In this document: one piece after another, positions 12,901-26,084 of the stretch | How positions within the stretch are numbered: position 1 is the stretch's first letter | How the letters are laid out: each line of letters opens with the position of its first letter | DNA from: Octopus vulgaris | Lineage: Eukaryota | Assembly (NCBI GenBank): GCA_951406725.2 | Contig: OX597821.1 | Span: 13,144,001-13,208,000 of the forward strand | Direction of reading: 5' to 3' | DNA length: 64,000 bases | Notes under the pieces: model-generated | The model's input: the letters and a program-made list of their open reading frames with translations, nothing else | The model's database searches: none | Told to the model about the DNA's origin: nothing | Program-made: the position numbers and the translations under genes

Positions 12901-14879
12901 CAAATATCTAAATCGAGGACCCAAAACTAACTCAGAAAAGTGAGGAATAATTCAGAATAACTAAACCATAAGACAAAAAAATTCACAAACAAGGATATCA
13001 AATACATATATATTCCTATCTTCAGGTGCCAAATGGTTAACGCTGTGGTTTCGACAACAAGCAGTATCATTTAATCCGGTGGTGTCTACAGTGCTAAAAA
13101 TATAAACGCTTCTCGGGAATCAATTGACATCAGAAGGAACGGAACATTAGCGTAGTATGTCCATTACACCAACATTTGCTTATTACAATTACCAACAACT
13201 CAAATTAAGCGAATTAGTATAAACCTATAGTTACAAAACGGTATCTCCGAAACAAAGAACATACACCTATAAAGGATATTTTCTTCAAAACATTATAGTA
13301 CGAAAGAGAACTGGTGAACTAAACTTATTCATAGTCACTAATGCTTTTGATTTTCAAAACTAATACGCATCGATTTTTTTAATCCGAAAATCTTTAAGAA
13401 ATATTCCCAAACTGTAGAAGTAAATCATTTTTCACTTTGCTATTCTTTCTTTAGGAAACCTGCCAAATTACATGAAGCATTGCCTTTGCTAACAGTATTT
13501 CATGCTTCTACAGTGTATATTTATTGAAATTTAAAGAATTCTTATGAATTGAGAATACTTAAGGGAATTTCTGTTTTACTTATGCTACTTTTGTTCTTTT
13601 CTTCTCTTTGTCTGAAGGAAAGAATAATAAATAGCAAATATTGTGTGACAATATATGATAACTATTGTGTGACTGACACGTTAGAATATTCTCATCAAAG
13701 AGAACCACTGGAGATTATTTCATATTGAACTATTCTTGACCACATGACGAAATACCAAAACATGACACGCAAACTAAACAAACCTAAAGAAAATATAGTG
13801 TGATCTGCATCTGATATATGTATTGTAAATTTCACCGAAGTATATGGACACATATCAAATGCGAATGATCATTGACCTAAGAACCAGATTTCTGGCATTT
13901 TTTTAAAGTCAAAGATCGGTGAAGAAAAATAAGAAACATTGCTTCAATGTTTCCTAAACTATCTCGCTTCGTCAGATATTAAACTTAATGTAATATAGAT
14001 GTTTAATGTTATGTCATGCTGAAGATTTCAAATAAGGATGAAATGGCTTTATACATAGCTACCTATGACTAAAATATATGTAGGATTTTAGTAATGAGTA
14101 GAAAAAATATTCATCTTATATACTCTGTGAACCGGCCTTGTTCTTTATATACTTAAAATTTAAACTTCTCACCGCGTCACGATTTAGTAATTATCAAGAC
14201 GTTATTATTTCCCTCACAATAGCTACTATCAGAGGGCACCAAGTGCATAATGAGCTAATCAGATTATATTTCTTGTTCAAAGCTTGAGGGAACGATATAG
14301 TCACTTTCAAACAGTAGTCGGGTTACTAAGAATTCTAAGCGGTATTTTATGCAAGCCTTCTAAAAAGATTGTCTATTTACCAAAAAATTTATTCAGTTGA
14401 ATTAAGTCTCAGATTACTCATTTCACAACAGGTGCTAGAAGATATGCAACTCATCTCATCAGTCGTATTAATTACACGATTTGGTTCAATTCGAATTAAA
14501 AAGAAAAAACTAAATTATATTTGTTTGTGTAGTGATTTCCAACATAGACGCAAAGTCCCAAATTCGAGAGCAGAAGACAGTCTTCTTCTGGGATGGTACT
14601 TTTTTGCATCGACTTAAAAGATTGAATAATAAAATTTACTCGGATGGATTTAAACTAGGAACGTCAAGAACAGGATCATTTTGCTCTACACATTAATGAA
14701 CTTGCTAATCCAACACCTTGCTAAACTGTACTATGCGTAAGGCTTTTGTTATATATAATATTGCAATATACATAATTATAATGGCATACGAGAGGAAAAT
14801 TAGTTAATAATAAAAGATGTAATTACTAAGTTAAATCTAGATATAAAACTAATTTTAGGTATCTATCATTGAATGCAAT

Positions 14880-16045
14880 AGTACCTCAGAGCGCACTAGT
14901 GCACCGATAGGAAACTTGATGGAAATTTTGACCATCTGTGTCGAAACTACCTACTCCAGAATGGACACTGATAGAGGGTTTCTTTATCGACAGTTGGAGG
15001 GTTTCTTTATGGGTTCGCCATTATCACCGATAATAGCCAATATATATATAGAATACTTTGAGAATTTGGCTTTAGGATCAACACCAATAAAACAAACCCT
15101 ATGACTGCGATATGTTGATGACACCTTTATACACTGGCTCCAGCAGGAAGATGCCCAAGTACTGTCAGGTCATGTGAACTCAATAAAGCCATCCATGCAT
15201 TTCACAATGGGAACAAAAAGACGATCGGCTAGCGTTACTGGACGTATTAATAACACAAACCAAGTATGGATTCAGGACACCTGTATACTGCAAGCCAATC
15301 TTCACTGGACGATACCTCAACTTCAGTTCCCACCATCCATACAGAGTAAAGAGATGGATTGCTCAGTGCCTAAAACACCGAACAAAGATTATAGGTAACG
15401 ATCTTGATACACACCACAAAGAAATGATCAGGCTAAGTAACAATCTATTAAGCAACAACTGCCCCCAAAACATACTACTCACTCCAATTATAAAGCGAGG
15501 GTGAAACCCATAAACTGACTACAGTCTGTCTATCCTATGTGAAAAGCCTCTCCGAAAAGATACAAAAGACATGCGGCCCATATGACATCAGGACAGTATT
15601 CAAGAGTAATACAACACTTAGCAAATATCTCATTCGAGTAAAACCACCAACAGAAGAGAATATGACCAAAGACTGAGTGTACTCCATCCCATGCAGCTGT
15701 GGTAGGTTATACAAAGGTGAAACATGCCTCAAAATATGGGTAGAGGAACATCGCATAGCTGTGACATGAAGAGTTAATGATAAATCGGGTATAGCTGATT
15801 ATGTATGGAAAAACGGAGACCACCTCCTCCTGTGGGATGAAGTTAAAATAATAGACAGAGAACAGCGATGGAAAATACGAAAACTAAAAGAGGCAGAACA
15901 TATGCTAGTACATAATAATCTCTTAAGCAGATCGAGTGCAGATATGAATAGCATATGGGAACCGATATTAAGGAAGGATAGAAAAATATTAGACTTATAA
16001 ACCCTAAAATTCATACCATAATTGTCCACGGGCATATGGCGTAGG
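14880..16045 (+). mobile_element. Penelope-like element (RT + GIY-YIG), 5'-truncated and decayed
   Basis: YRQLEGFFMGSPLSPIIANIYIEYFE, RYVDDTF (15108-15128), VYSIPCSCGRLYKGET (15677-15724), RKLKEA. Confidence 0.93.
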
Positions 16046-16066
16046 TTTGGAGATGATGTACAGGTA

Positions 16067-16276
16067 TTATATATTAGAAGAAATAATGTACTCAGAAATC
16101 TGGATGGTTTTATATTTACAGATATTTATTAATATGTCTGACGACTCCAATAGAGTGGACGCAAGCGCTAATATATATGATATATATAATTTATAAAAAC
16201 ATGTGGCATATTAATAAATATCTGTAAATATAAAGCCATCCAGATTTCTGAGTACCTTATTTCTTCTAATATATAA
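16067..16276. repeat. Inverted repeat (70-bp arms, 16067-16136 / 16207-16276)
   Basis: Arms are near-perfect reverse complements. Confidence 0.95.
16132..16176 (+). ncRNA. Degenerate minimal type-I hammerhead
   Basis: ATATGT-CTGACGA-CTCC-AATAGAGT-GGAC-GCAA-GCGC-TA-ATATAT; two substitutions from canonical; palindromic helix III. Confidence 0.65.
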
Positions 16277-16294
16277 ATATATATAAATATATAT

Positions 16295-16740
16295 GCAGTT
16301 CTGCCTGCAATGTTATATGGTAGTGAAACATGGGCTACCACAAAGAGAGAAGAGCAAAGACTGGTAACGGCTCAAAGAGCCATGGAAAGGTCAATGCTTG
16401 GTATCTCGTTGAGAGAGCCCATAAGTAGCAAGATCATCAGAAAGAAGTCAGGCGTGAGAGATGTCATCGCAGAGTATACACGCAGCAAGTATAGATGGGC
16501 TGGACACGTCGGCCGGCTCACCGATAATCGATGGACGCATGCAGTTGTCGAGTGGTACCCGCGTGAGCGGAAAAGACCACCCGGAAGACCTCCACGACGG
16601 TGGAGTAACGATTTCAGGAGGACGATTGGGATCACGTGGATGAGAAAGGCGCGATCCAGAGAGGAGTGGACAGCGTGCTGTGACGAGCGGTGTCAAACGG
16701 ACGCCTGACGGACTGGTCGGTCAAAGTGATCAAAGTGATA
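16295..16740 (+). mobile_element. RTE-clade LINE 3' end with open frame
   Basis: VLPAMLYGSETW...RWAGHVGRLTDNRWT...WYPR...GRPPRRW; tail (TCAAAGTGA)2; flanked by (TA)n. Confidence 0.93.
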
Positions 16741-17003
16741 TTATATATATATATATATACAGAAAACCTGTTGGGATCTGACGATATGCCATAAAGTGAA
16801 ACCCTTTATGGACAGGAAAGCTAAGCTAATCCCATAAACTGGCCTTGCGCATTTTTAATATATAATGCTCTGCATCTTAGAGTACACTTCTTTCGTTTTT
16901 ATGATTTTACAAAAGAGATACACACACACACACACACATATATATATGTATGTATACATAAAGTGAGAGAAAGCGTGATAGACGGATATGTGTATGTACA
17001 TGT

Positions 17004-17076
<73 letters not shown>

Positions 17077-17754
17077 TGTGAATGTGCGTGCAAACGTCTG
17101 TGTGTTCAAATATCTGTCATTACGTCTATATTGTGCGCATATGTTTGTACATCTCGGAGCTCTTTTCACATCTGAAACCGTGATAGTGTTAACCTTACAT
17201 TCCAAAGATGTCGATAAACGCAATACAAATAACATAATAGATGGGTCCGGCCCCGCCCAATTACATTCGCAGGAAAAAATTGCTTCTGTCTATAAAAGAA
17301 ATGATTACTTAAACCTCTTAATAGCCAAGATATTTTTGACAGTAGTTAATTTATTTTTATAGTTATTTCGATTTCTATCGTATTAATTATATATTTGAAA
17401 ATCTTTTTCTCAATTAGTGTTATTTTATATTTTGAAATATTTGTCAATTTCGACTGTGATTTCTTCTCGCTTCCATTCTTCTTCACATAGTTATTATTTT
17501 CTCAACTTGAAATAATAACATACATAAAACAAGTGATAGACGAAGAAACGACAAAAGAAAAAAAAACTAATGTGAATTTTTATCAAAATTTAAGAAGCAT
17601 TAGCTTAGCTCTACACATGTCCGAAGGCGATCTTTCATCCGAATAATTCGCCCTGGCCATCCTTCGTCAGACAAATATATGTATATATACATACAGCATA
17701 CATATAGACACACACACACACATACATAACATACATATATATATATATATATAT

Positions 17755-18119
17755 ACTAGCAGTATCGCCCGGCGTTGCTCGGGTTTGTAAGGGAAATAAC
17801 TATAAAGCATTTTTAGAGAGTTATAGCCAAAAAATAGCAAAAAAATTATGGTAAATTTATTTTGAGAGTTAAAAAGGTGGAGTTACCTCCCCTAGACAGT
17901 CTGTGGTTTGTGTTTCTGATTCTCGACCCCATGTCGAATTTATCGATTTTTCAGAACTGGGGGAACTTTTCAAAATTTTCGCTGCGTTAGTTTTGAATTA
18001 TGACATTGGGCTATGTGTGTGTCAAGTTTCATCAGAATCGGTTGAAAGCCGTGTTCAGGGTGAGGGTACAACCTAACAGACACACAGAAACACACACAGA
18101 CAAACTGCCGTTTATATAG

Positions 18120-18121
<2 letters not shown>
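17755..18121 (-). mobile_element. Non-autonomous Helitron-like element (Lep1-type layout)
   Basis: Terminal ACTAG with adjacent GC hairpin CCCGGCGTTGCTCGGG; other end AAGTTTCATCAGAATCGGTT..(ACAG)n..TTTATATAGA; sits in (TA)n. Confidence 0.7.
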
Positions 18122-18213
<92 letters not shown>

Positions 18214-18377
18214 AGACAAAGAGAGAGAGACAGAGACAGAGAAAGATTAGATATAGGTATTCTCTGTATAGAAAACGCTTCGCAGTGCTCAAGAGATTTG
18301 ACCATGAGTAGGTAGAGGGGTAAGTGTCAGGACAAGCAATTTAGGCAGGTCGATATACAATATATATATATATATAA

Positions 18378-18693
18378 AATATCCCTAACTACTTTAACAC
18401 GGCTGTCCGTTCGAGCGGACTCTACTGCGATTTTTAACCCACAGAGGTTAACGATGGACAGCTGCATCCGATAAAATTGCGAGAAAAGGACCAAACCCCT
18501 ACCATTTCCTAGCGACGGATCCAGTAGACCAGTCCTGGTTTCGGTCTAATTATACCACTCCTCAGTAGCTACAAATGACAGTAGTTCGCTTCTGCACGCA
18601 ATATATATATATACATATTTCAAGTGAACACACAGTCGCTGATCTTGCAACAAGTGTTGATCTCTTAGACAGCTTTTAGAACTAGCATTTTTG

Positions 18694-18700
<7 letters not shown>
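18378..18700 (-). mobile_element. Non-coding HHR-bearing repeat, copy 1 (copy 2 at 63590-63910)
   Basis: Colinear with 63590-63910; HHR core at 18520-18567. Confidence 0.8.
18520..18567 (-). ncRNA. Type-I hammerhead motif
   Basis: TA-CTGAGGA-GTGGTATAATTAGACC-GAAA-CCAGGACTGG-TC-TACTGGA; helix III ACCAG/CTGGT; GUC site. Confidence 0.7.
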
Positions 18701-18740
<40 letters not shown>

Positions 18741-19026
18741 ACAATAACACACATGGTTTCAGGTTCACTACAATTGTTTGAGACGTTACTTTTATAGTGA
18801 ATTAAGAGCGTCTTTGAACGTCTAGGATTTTTCGCTCACACAGCATATCATGCATATTGATCCTCCCATCATGGTTACATCTAAGAGATAAATCTCAGGA
18901 CAAATCCGTATTTACTTTGGTAAGTACATGAGCAACTGTGCGCACTGTTAGTGTACATGTATGTTGTACCCGACCAGGCGTTGATGCCTTCGTTACTTAA
19001 ATAACTTGATTGCATTGGATCCTGAA

Positions 19027-19069
<43 letters not shown>

Positions 19070-19073
<4 letters not shown>

Positions 19074-19266
19074 ATATGATTTAAGTTATAGAACGAAGTT
19101 CAACAGATTCAATCATAATTTTTTATAAACGGAGGAGATTAGATGTTAATATGGTATAAAATATTTATTCAATATTTTATACCATATTACCATCTAATCT
19201 CCTCCGTTTATAAAAAAATTTTATTGAATTTGTCGAATTTCGTCCTATAACTTAAATCATATACTT
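19070..19266. repeat. Fold-back hairpin (96-bp arms, 5-nt loop)
   Basis: Arms 19070-19165 / 19171-19266. Confidence 0.95.
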
Positions 19267-19359
19267 ATTATACTTATATAACTTTTCATATCTATGCCTG
19301 TTTACACCAGTAAATTCTAAACAAAGTATGAATCCTTTGGAAACTACTTCAGTTGAAGG

Positions 19360-19360
<1 letters not shown>

Positions 19361-19413
<53 letters not shown>

Positions 19414-19443
19414 TCTAGATAGATAGATAAATAGATAGATATC

Positions 19444-19495
<52 letters not shown>

Positions 19496-19505
19496 CAGAT
19501 AGATA
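19361..19505. repeat. (GATA)n microsatellite
   Basis: Direct reading; also at 29281-29450 and 47208-47292. Confidence 0.95.
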
Positions 19506-19506
19506 T

Positions 19507-19830
19507 AGGCGCAGGTGTGACTGTGTGGTAAGAAGCTTGCTTTCCGACCACAGAGTTCCGGGTTCAGTTCAACTGCATGGCACCTTGAGCTAGTGTCTTC
19601 TACTATAGCGTCGGGCCGACCAAAGCCTTGTGAGTGCGCTTGATAGACGGAAACTGAGAGAAGCCCGTTGTATATATATATGTGTGTGTGCGTGTGTGTG
19701 TGCGTGTGTGTTCGCGTGTGTGTGTGTGTGTGCGTGCGTGTGTGAATGTATATCTTTGTGTCTGTCCTCCATCACCGCTTGGCAACCAGTGTCGGTCTGT
19801 TTACGTCCCTGTAAACAAGCGGCTCGCCAA
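19507..19830 (+). mobile_element. SINE family A, 3'-truncated
   Basis: AGGCGCAGGTGTGACTGTGTGGTAAG...GGTTCAGTTC. Confidence 0.9.
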
Positions 19831-20110
19831 AATTATTTTTGAGTAGTAGTATTAGTTGCAGTAGTAGTAGTACGAGGAGGAGGAGGAGAAGAGGAAGATG
19901 AAAAATAAAATTAGGATGGTGAGGAGGAGGCGAACGGATGATAGTAAATGGTTTGGGACATAGGCACAACTCCCTAACTACCGCTGGCGGAAGTTAATCA
20001 ACGTGAGTAAACCAAAGTACTTTTTTCCGATTCTCTTACTGTTCCCCCACCAAATAATATTAAGATTTCACTATAGATACAATGTCTGCCACATAATATT
20101 ACGAACGATG

Positions 20111-20802
<692 letters not shown>

Positions 20803-21030
20803 ATGTACATTTCTGATCACGAGCAGAAGTAGTGGGGGACCATCATAGGAATTCTTAGAGGTTTGAATAGTTCATCTCTGGAAAGATGAGTGTTTCGTTC
20901 AACATCCTTAACCAACCCTTATTCACGGACCTTTTGAGCGAGATGGGTTACTCGAGCAGAAGAAATTTCTAACTGGGCCCCACCTGCAAGGTCATGTGCT
21001 GTTTATCTTGATATGAGATCACCATGTTTA
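20803..21030. mobile_element. Interspersed repeat, short copy (longer copy at 22250-22765)
   Basis: Shares CTGATCACGRGCAGAAGTA...CCCACCTGCAARGTCAT..CTGTTTATCTTGATAT; both copies abut (AAT)n/(ATT)n arrays. Confidence 0.75.
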
Positions 21031-21199
21031 TAATGTTAAAACTGTAAATTATGACTGGTATGGCTGCCTGTTTGGCCAGTATTTAATATAAGTCTAACTT
21101 TTATGCAATATCATCTAGTAGCTTTCTCTTTCACTTATGCGCGTTGTATTTCAGCTGCTTCATCTATTCCTATGTATTTGTACGGGCGATTATGTTCTA

Positions 21200-21275
<76 letters not shown>

Positions 21276-21424
21276 GTCAAAATTAAAAGAAGAGTGCCAT
21301 TGTTATCTAGTGAACGATATTTCAACATCTTGTGTGTCTTCAACTGCTTGAAAAGATAAATTTGTCAATCTACTTCATTTTGGTCAATATAGAGAGGATT
21401 ATTATTTTTTAAAAATAAAATATG

Positions 21425-21597
21425 GTCCGTTGTCTTCTGCAGAACCGGGGTCATTCCTAGGGTCACAGCAGGTCCTCATCTCATGGAGAGTAAACGGCGT
21501 AAAAAATGTTCGTGGAACATAGCAACACTATTTTCTGAAGTTCTCCCACGTTATTACTGCAAGAGAGTTTGTTGAGCTGCTTATCAAGGCCCTCATT
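21425..21597 (-). mobile_element. R4/Dong 3' tail
   Basis: LDKQLNKL...GELQKIVLLCSTNIF; abuts (ATT)n. Confidence 0.65.
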
Positions 21598-21604
21598 ATT
21601 GTTA

Positions 21605-21677
<73 letters not shown>

Positions 21678-21678
<1 letters not shown>

Positions 21679-21843
21679 GGCGCAGGAGTGGCTGTGTGGT
21701 AAGTAGCTTGCTGACCAACCACATGGTTCCGGGTTCAGTCCCACTGCATGGCATCTTGGGCAAGTGTCTTCTGCTATAGCCCCGGGCCGACCAATGCCTT
21801 GTGAGTGGATTAGGTAGGCGGAAACTGAAAGAAGCCTGTCGTA

Positions 21844-21924
<81 letters not shown>

Positions 21925-22135
21925 TTGTGTGTCTGTGTTTGTCCCCCTAGCATTGCCTGACAACCGATGCTGGTGTGTTTACGTCCCCGTCACTTAGCGG
22001 TTCGGCAAAAAAGACCGATAGAATAAGTACTGGGCTTACAAAGAATAAGTTCCGGGGTCGATTTGCTCGACTAAAGGCGGTGCTCCAGCATGGCCGCAGT
22101 CAAATGACTGAAACAAGTAAAAGAGTAAAAGAGTA
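21678..22135 (+). mobile_element. SINE family A, full length (tRNA-like head, internal (TA)n, LINE-derived tail)
   Basis: A-box TGGCTGTGTGG, B-like GGTTCAGTCCC; tail GGCGGTGCTCCAGCATGGCCGCAGTCAAATGACTGAAAC followed by (GTAAAAGA)n. Confidence 0.95.
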
Positions 22136-22180
22136 TTATTTTCCTCCTCCTCCTCCTCATCATCATCATCATCATCATCA

Positions 22181-22236
<56 letters not shown>

Positions 22237-22249
22237 GTTATTATTATTA

Positions 22250-22765
22250 TGTTCTGATGCAGTATCAGGCACTGCCTCTCATGGCTTATGTGACTGGAAG
22301 TGTTATCGTACATTCTTTTGTCTTGATATAAAAGATGATCTACAGCAAATATTCTGCTGAATACCACAGATTCGACTGTCAGTTGTTTGACCATAACCAG
22401 TTGAGCATGTCCTTTGGTGGCTGGCGATATTTGCATCGCTGATCACGGGCAGAAGTAATGGGTAGGAGTCATAGCCATGTTTTCAGATGAATTTTGGCGG
22501 GTTTGAAAATTCACCTCTGGAAACATTGGTATTTTGATCAACGTCGTTAAACAACCCTTATTCAGGGATTTTTGAGCGGGATCGGACCCACCTGCAAAGT
22601 CATACTCTGTTTATCTTGATATAAAATCACTATGTTGCGCACATATGGTTGTGATGCATGTGCCTGATGTACCCTTATGAGAAGGGTAGTCATAATGGCT
22701 ATACTGGACTTCGTATATTTTAGCCCAGTGTCACTTTGATGTCATGCACTGCTCTCTCATTCAAT
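22250..22765. mobile_element. Interspersed repeat, longer copy
   Basis: Colinear with 20803-21030. Confidence 0.75.
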
Positions 22766-23318
22766 GATAACAACAAGGCTACAGGACAAAATGTTTTGTA
22801 TTTAGTTGCCTTCTTTTTTACATTCATGTCTCAAATCCCACCAAACGGTTTTACAAATGATAATAAATAATAGTAACTGTAATATGCTCGGGTCAAATTC
22901 ATCCACATGTTCTTATGCTTTATTGTCATCATCATCAAACAAATATTAATATTATTGTTCACTATCGTGAAGAGCGTCGAACAATATGCCTTCAGCTAAA
23001 AATGTCATTAAGATTTTATCTGGCGATTATGCGTGATACATTTGTATGTGTATGTATACATGCTCGTATGTGTGTGTGTGCGTGCGTGTGTGTGTGTGCG
23101 TGCCAAAGGCAATGAGTGCCACAATGCACATTATATTCTCGATCCGACGTGCTTCAAAGCGGAAAATAAGGCTCTTTGTAGGACCCATTATTTTTTCATA
23201 AATCATATTGACCATTCATTTTTGCAATGTCTGCTCTTTCGGTCAATTGACGCAATCAGCCTCCCATGAAGTGGTAATCACAGAGACATATACATATAAA
23301 TATATATACATATTAATA

Positions 23319-23364
<46 letters not shown>

Positions 23365-24179
23365 ACATATATATGTATATATATATATTATTCATGCGTA
23401 TGCATACTTATATGTGATATAAGATATATCTATGTGCATGTATATGTGTATGGAAATAAGCTCGAATATATGTAGTTGTGCTTATGTGATAGTATATTGA
23501 TCAAATGTCCAAAGTTAATGGTCCATAATCGAAGAAAATTGTTTTAGAAAATAAATGGGTTTTTGTTTTTCAAACCCAAACAACATTTTTATATTAATAT
23601 AGAGAGGTTGAGTGGCGGACGACATTGAAAATTGTTATGACAGATGTGTTTCTTTTCGACTAAGTTATCATCACTTTTAACGAAGTAATATTTGGAGAGA
23701 ATGATGACGATAGAGAGAAAGAGAAAATATTCTGAAAGTTGTTCTTGTTTGGACAAGGTCAGCTACGATCGAGCAGAATTTTGATGAAGCAAAATTAAAC
23801 CGTCATCGGCTCAACATTTCCTAAGTGCTGAAAACCCAACATCACGTGAGCAGTCTTTTACTTTTTTAAGATGGTAGGATATGTTATTTCCAGAGTGATT
23901 CGCTGTAATTTCTAGCAATTTGAGTGACCACGTACAGGCTTCCTCATTAGTTGCCTTTTCTGAAAATGAGTGTGCCAGTTTAACTTGGTCTTGGTAAATG
24001 TGATTACCTCCAGTATATTCCTATTGACCCGGCATCACATCACTGAAACGGCCCCTGCTCGTAGATGCCTCGTAAATTATGAATTCGTCAAGTTCCCTAA
24101 TTCATCCCAACGGTTGGCTTCATTAACTTCGTTACTTTCCATGCTGTTGTTTTCCGATGATTTCCCCCCCCCCCCATTC

Positions 24180-24542
24180 CATCTTTTATTCTTTTCCTGG
24201 TTTCAATCATTAAACTGCGGTCAAGTTGGGGCACCACTTCGAAGAAAGGTAGTCGAATGAATCGATCCCAGTTCTCATTCTTTTAAAACTTAGAACTTAT
24301 TCCATCGTTCACTTTTGCCGAACCGCTTAGTTACGAGGACACACAAACATATAGGCATGTGTGTGTGTCTGTGTGTGTGTGTGTGTGTCACAGGTGTCTT
24401 CCAAATTCCGTCAACAAATTCACTCGCAAGACTTTACAGCCCAAGGATAGAATAGAAGACAATTGCCGAGGTTATTACACATTGAGTCTGAAACCGAAAA
24501 TATGTGGCGGCGAAGTAAACTTCTTACCTTACATGCACGCCT
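24180..24542 (-). mobile_element. SINE family A, old degenerate copy
   Basis: TTTTGCCGAACCGCTTAGTTACG plus recognisable head and tail remnants. Confidence 0.7.
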
Positions 24543-24984
24543 GATCGCTTTATTTTTGTCTAATTTAGTTATAATTTAGCCTTTCCCTCATGGTCATTGT
24601 GACTACTAAAACACCTGGTGGAGAGGGTTGTTTTAAATGATACATTCATGAAAGTAGTGGGCAGAGTACAAACTACTCTGAAAAAAGACTTGTAGAATGA
24701 AGAAAGCTTGATTTGAGAGGTGAGTGTTCGTTAGCTTCCAGGATGATTTAGAGTGATTTTATGAATTTTACTTAACTAGTCAATGCACCTACCACCCTAT
24801 TCCGGAACCTTAGTTGTGATTTTGTTGTTATTTGCTTTTCCTATACTTTTCAAACACGTTTTACGTAACGTCAGCAATCACTCTGGTGTATTACGTACTT
24901 TGGAGTATCAGTCATTTCTTTGAGACATTTTTTGGTTAAGGAATATATCATCATCTTCTTCTTTATCATCATCGCCGTCGTCAT

Positions 24985-25362
24985 TCGGTGAGCTGGCGTA
25001 AGCGTGTCGGGCAAAATGTTTCACAGCATTTTTTCAGGCTCCTACAGGTTTCAGTTCAAATTCCGTCAATGTCGATTTGGTGCCACCCTTCCAAAATCGA
25101 TGAAGTAAGCACCAGTTCAAATCCGGTTACAATATAATCGACTTCATCCCTCAACCTCAAATTGCTGACCATGAGCAAAAATTTGAAATCATTATTATTA
25201 AGATGGTGAGCCGGCAGAATCGATAGCACGGTCAAAGTGCTTAGCAAGATTTGGCCCATCTTACGTTCTGATTTCAAAATCCGTTGGGGTCTATAAAATG
25301 ATTGCTAGTTTAACACTAGAATCGATGTAATCGTGTAACTCGCCTCCCCAAAATTTCAGGCA
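24985..25362 (+). mobile_element. Two tandem degenerate SINE family C copies
   Basis: GGTGAGCYGGC heads at about 24987 and 25205. Confidence 0.7.
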
Positions 25363-25375
25363 ACGTAGAGAGGAT

Positions 25376-25491
25376 TTCTTCTTCTTCTTCTTCTTCTTCT
25401 TCTTCTTCTTCTTCTTCTTCTTCTTCTTCTTCTTCTTCTTCTTCTTCTTCTTCTTCTTCTTCTTCTTCTTCTTCTTCTTCTTCTTCTTCTT
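25376..25491. repeat. (TTC)n microsatellite
   Basis: Direct reading. Confidence 0.95.
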
Positions 25492-25496
25492 TACAT

Positions 25497-25665
25497 TCTG
25501 ATTTCCAAGATATAACTCCTCCCCCGATCATCACAGATCCTCCTCCATGTTTAACAGTTGGAAGAAGGCAGTCCTGGGTCAAATGCTTCTTTTGACTGTC
25601 TCCACAAGGATACTCGGTCGGTGATCGGAAATAAGGTAAAAGGATGACTCGTCCGAGAATATAAC
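25497..25665 (-). mobile_element. Tc1-like transposase DDE fragment
   Basis: FSDESSF and DCLLPTVKHGGGSVMI. Confidence 0.85.
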
Positions 25666-25839
25666 TTCAGCTGAGATTGACTTTCATCTTTCATCTTTCA
25701 TCTTTCATGGTCTCATAACCATTGGTCTATGAAACACGTTATTGGACCGTATGACGCATGTGTTTCTGCGACATTGCACGACGTCAGCTACGTATAGCAA
25801 GTCGTCGTTCATAGCCGCTAAGATTTTATTACGGTCATT

Positions 25840-26060
25840 AAGACGGCGTGCTGGCAGCATCGTTAAAACGCCGGACAAAATGCTTACCTTGACATAATTT
25901 CGTCAGGCATTTCTTTCTAGGTTCAAATTTCATCGAAGATGGTTTAGCTTTCATCAATTCCGGGTCGATAAAGCAAGTATCATTGCAGCACTTCAGTCGA
26001 CTTAATTGACTTATTTCCTCCCCCAAAATTGCTGGCTTTGTGCCAAAATTTGAAATTATT
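25840..26060 (+). mobile_element. SINE family C, degenerate
   Basis: GGTTCAAATTT, CTTTCATC..TTCCGGGTCGATAAA, CCAAAATTTGAAA tail. Confidence 0.75.
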
Positions 26061-26084
26061 ATTACTAATGGTTACTATTATAGC

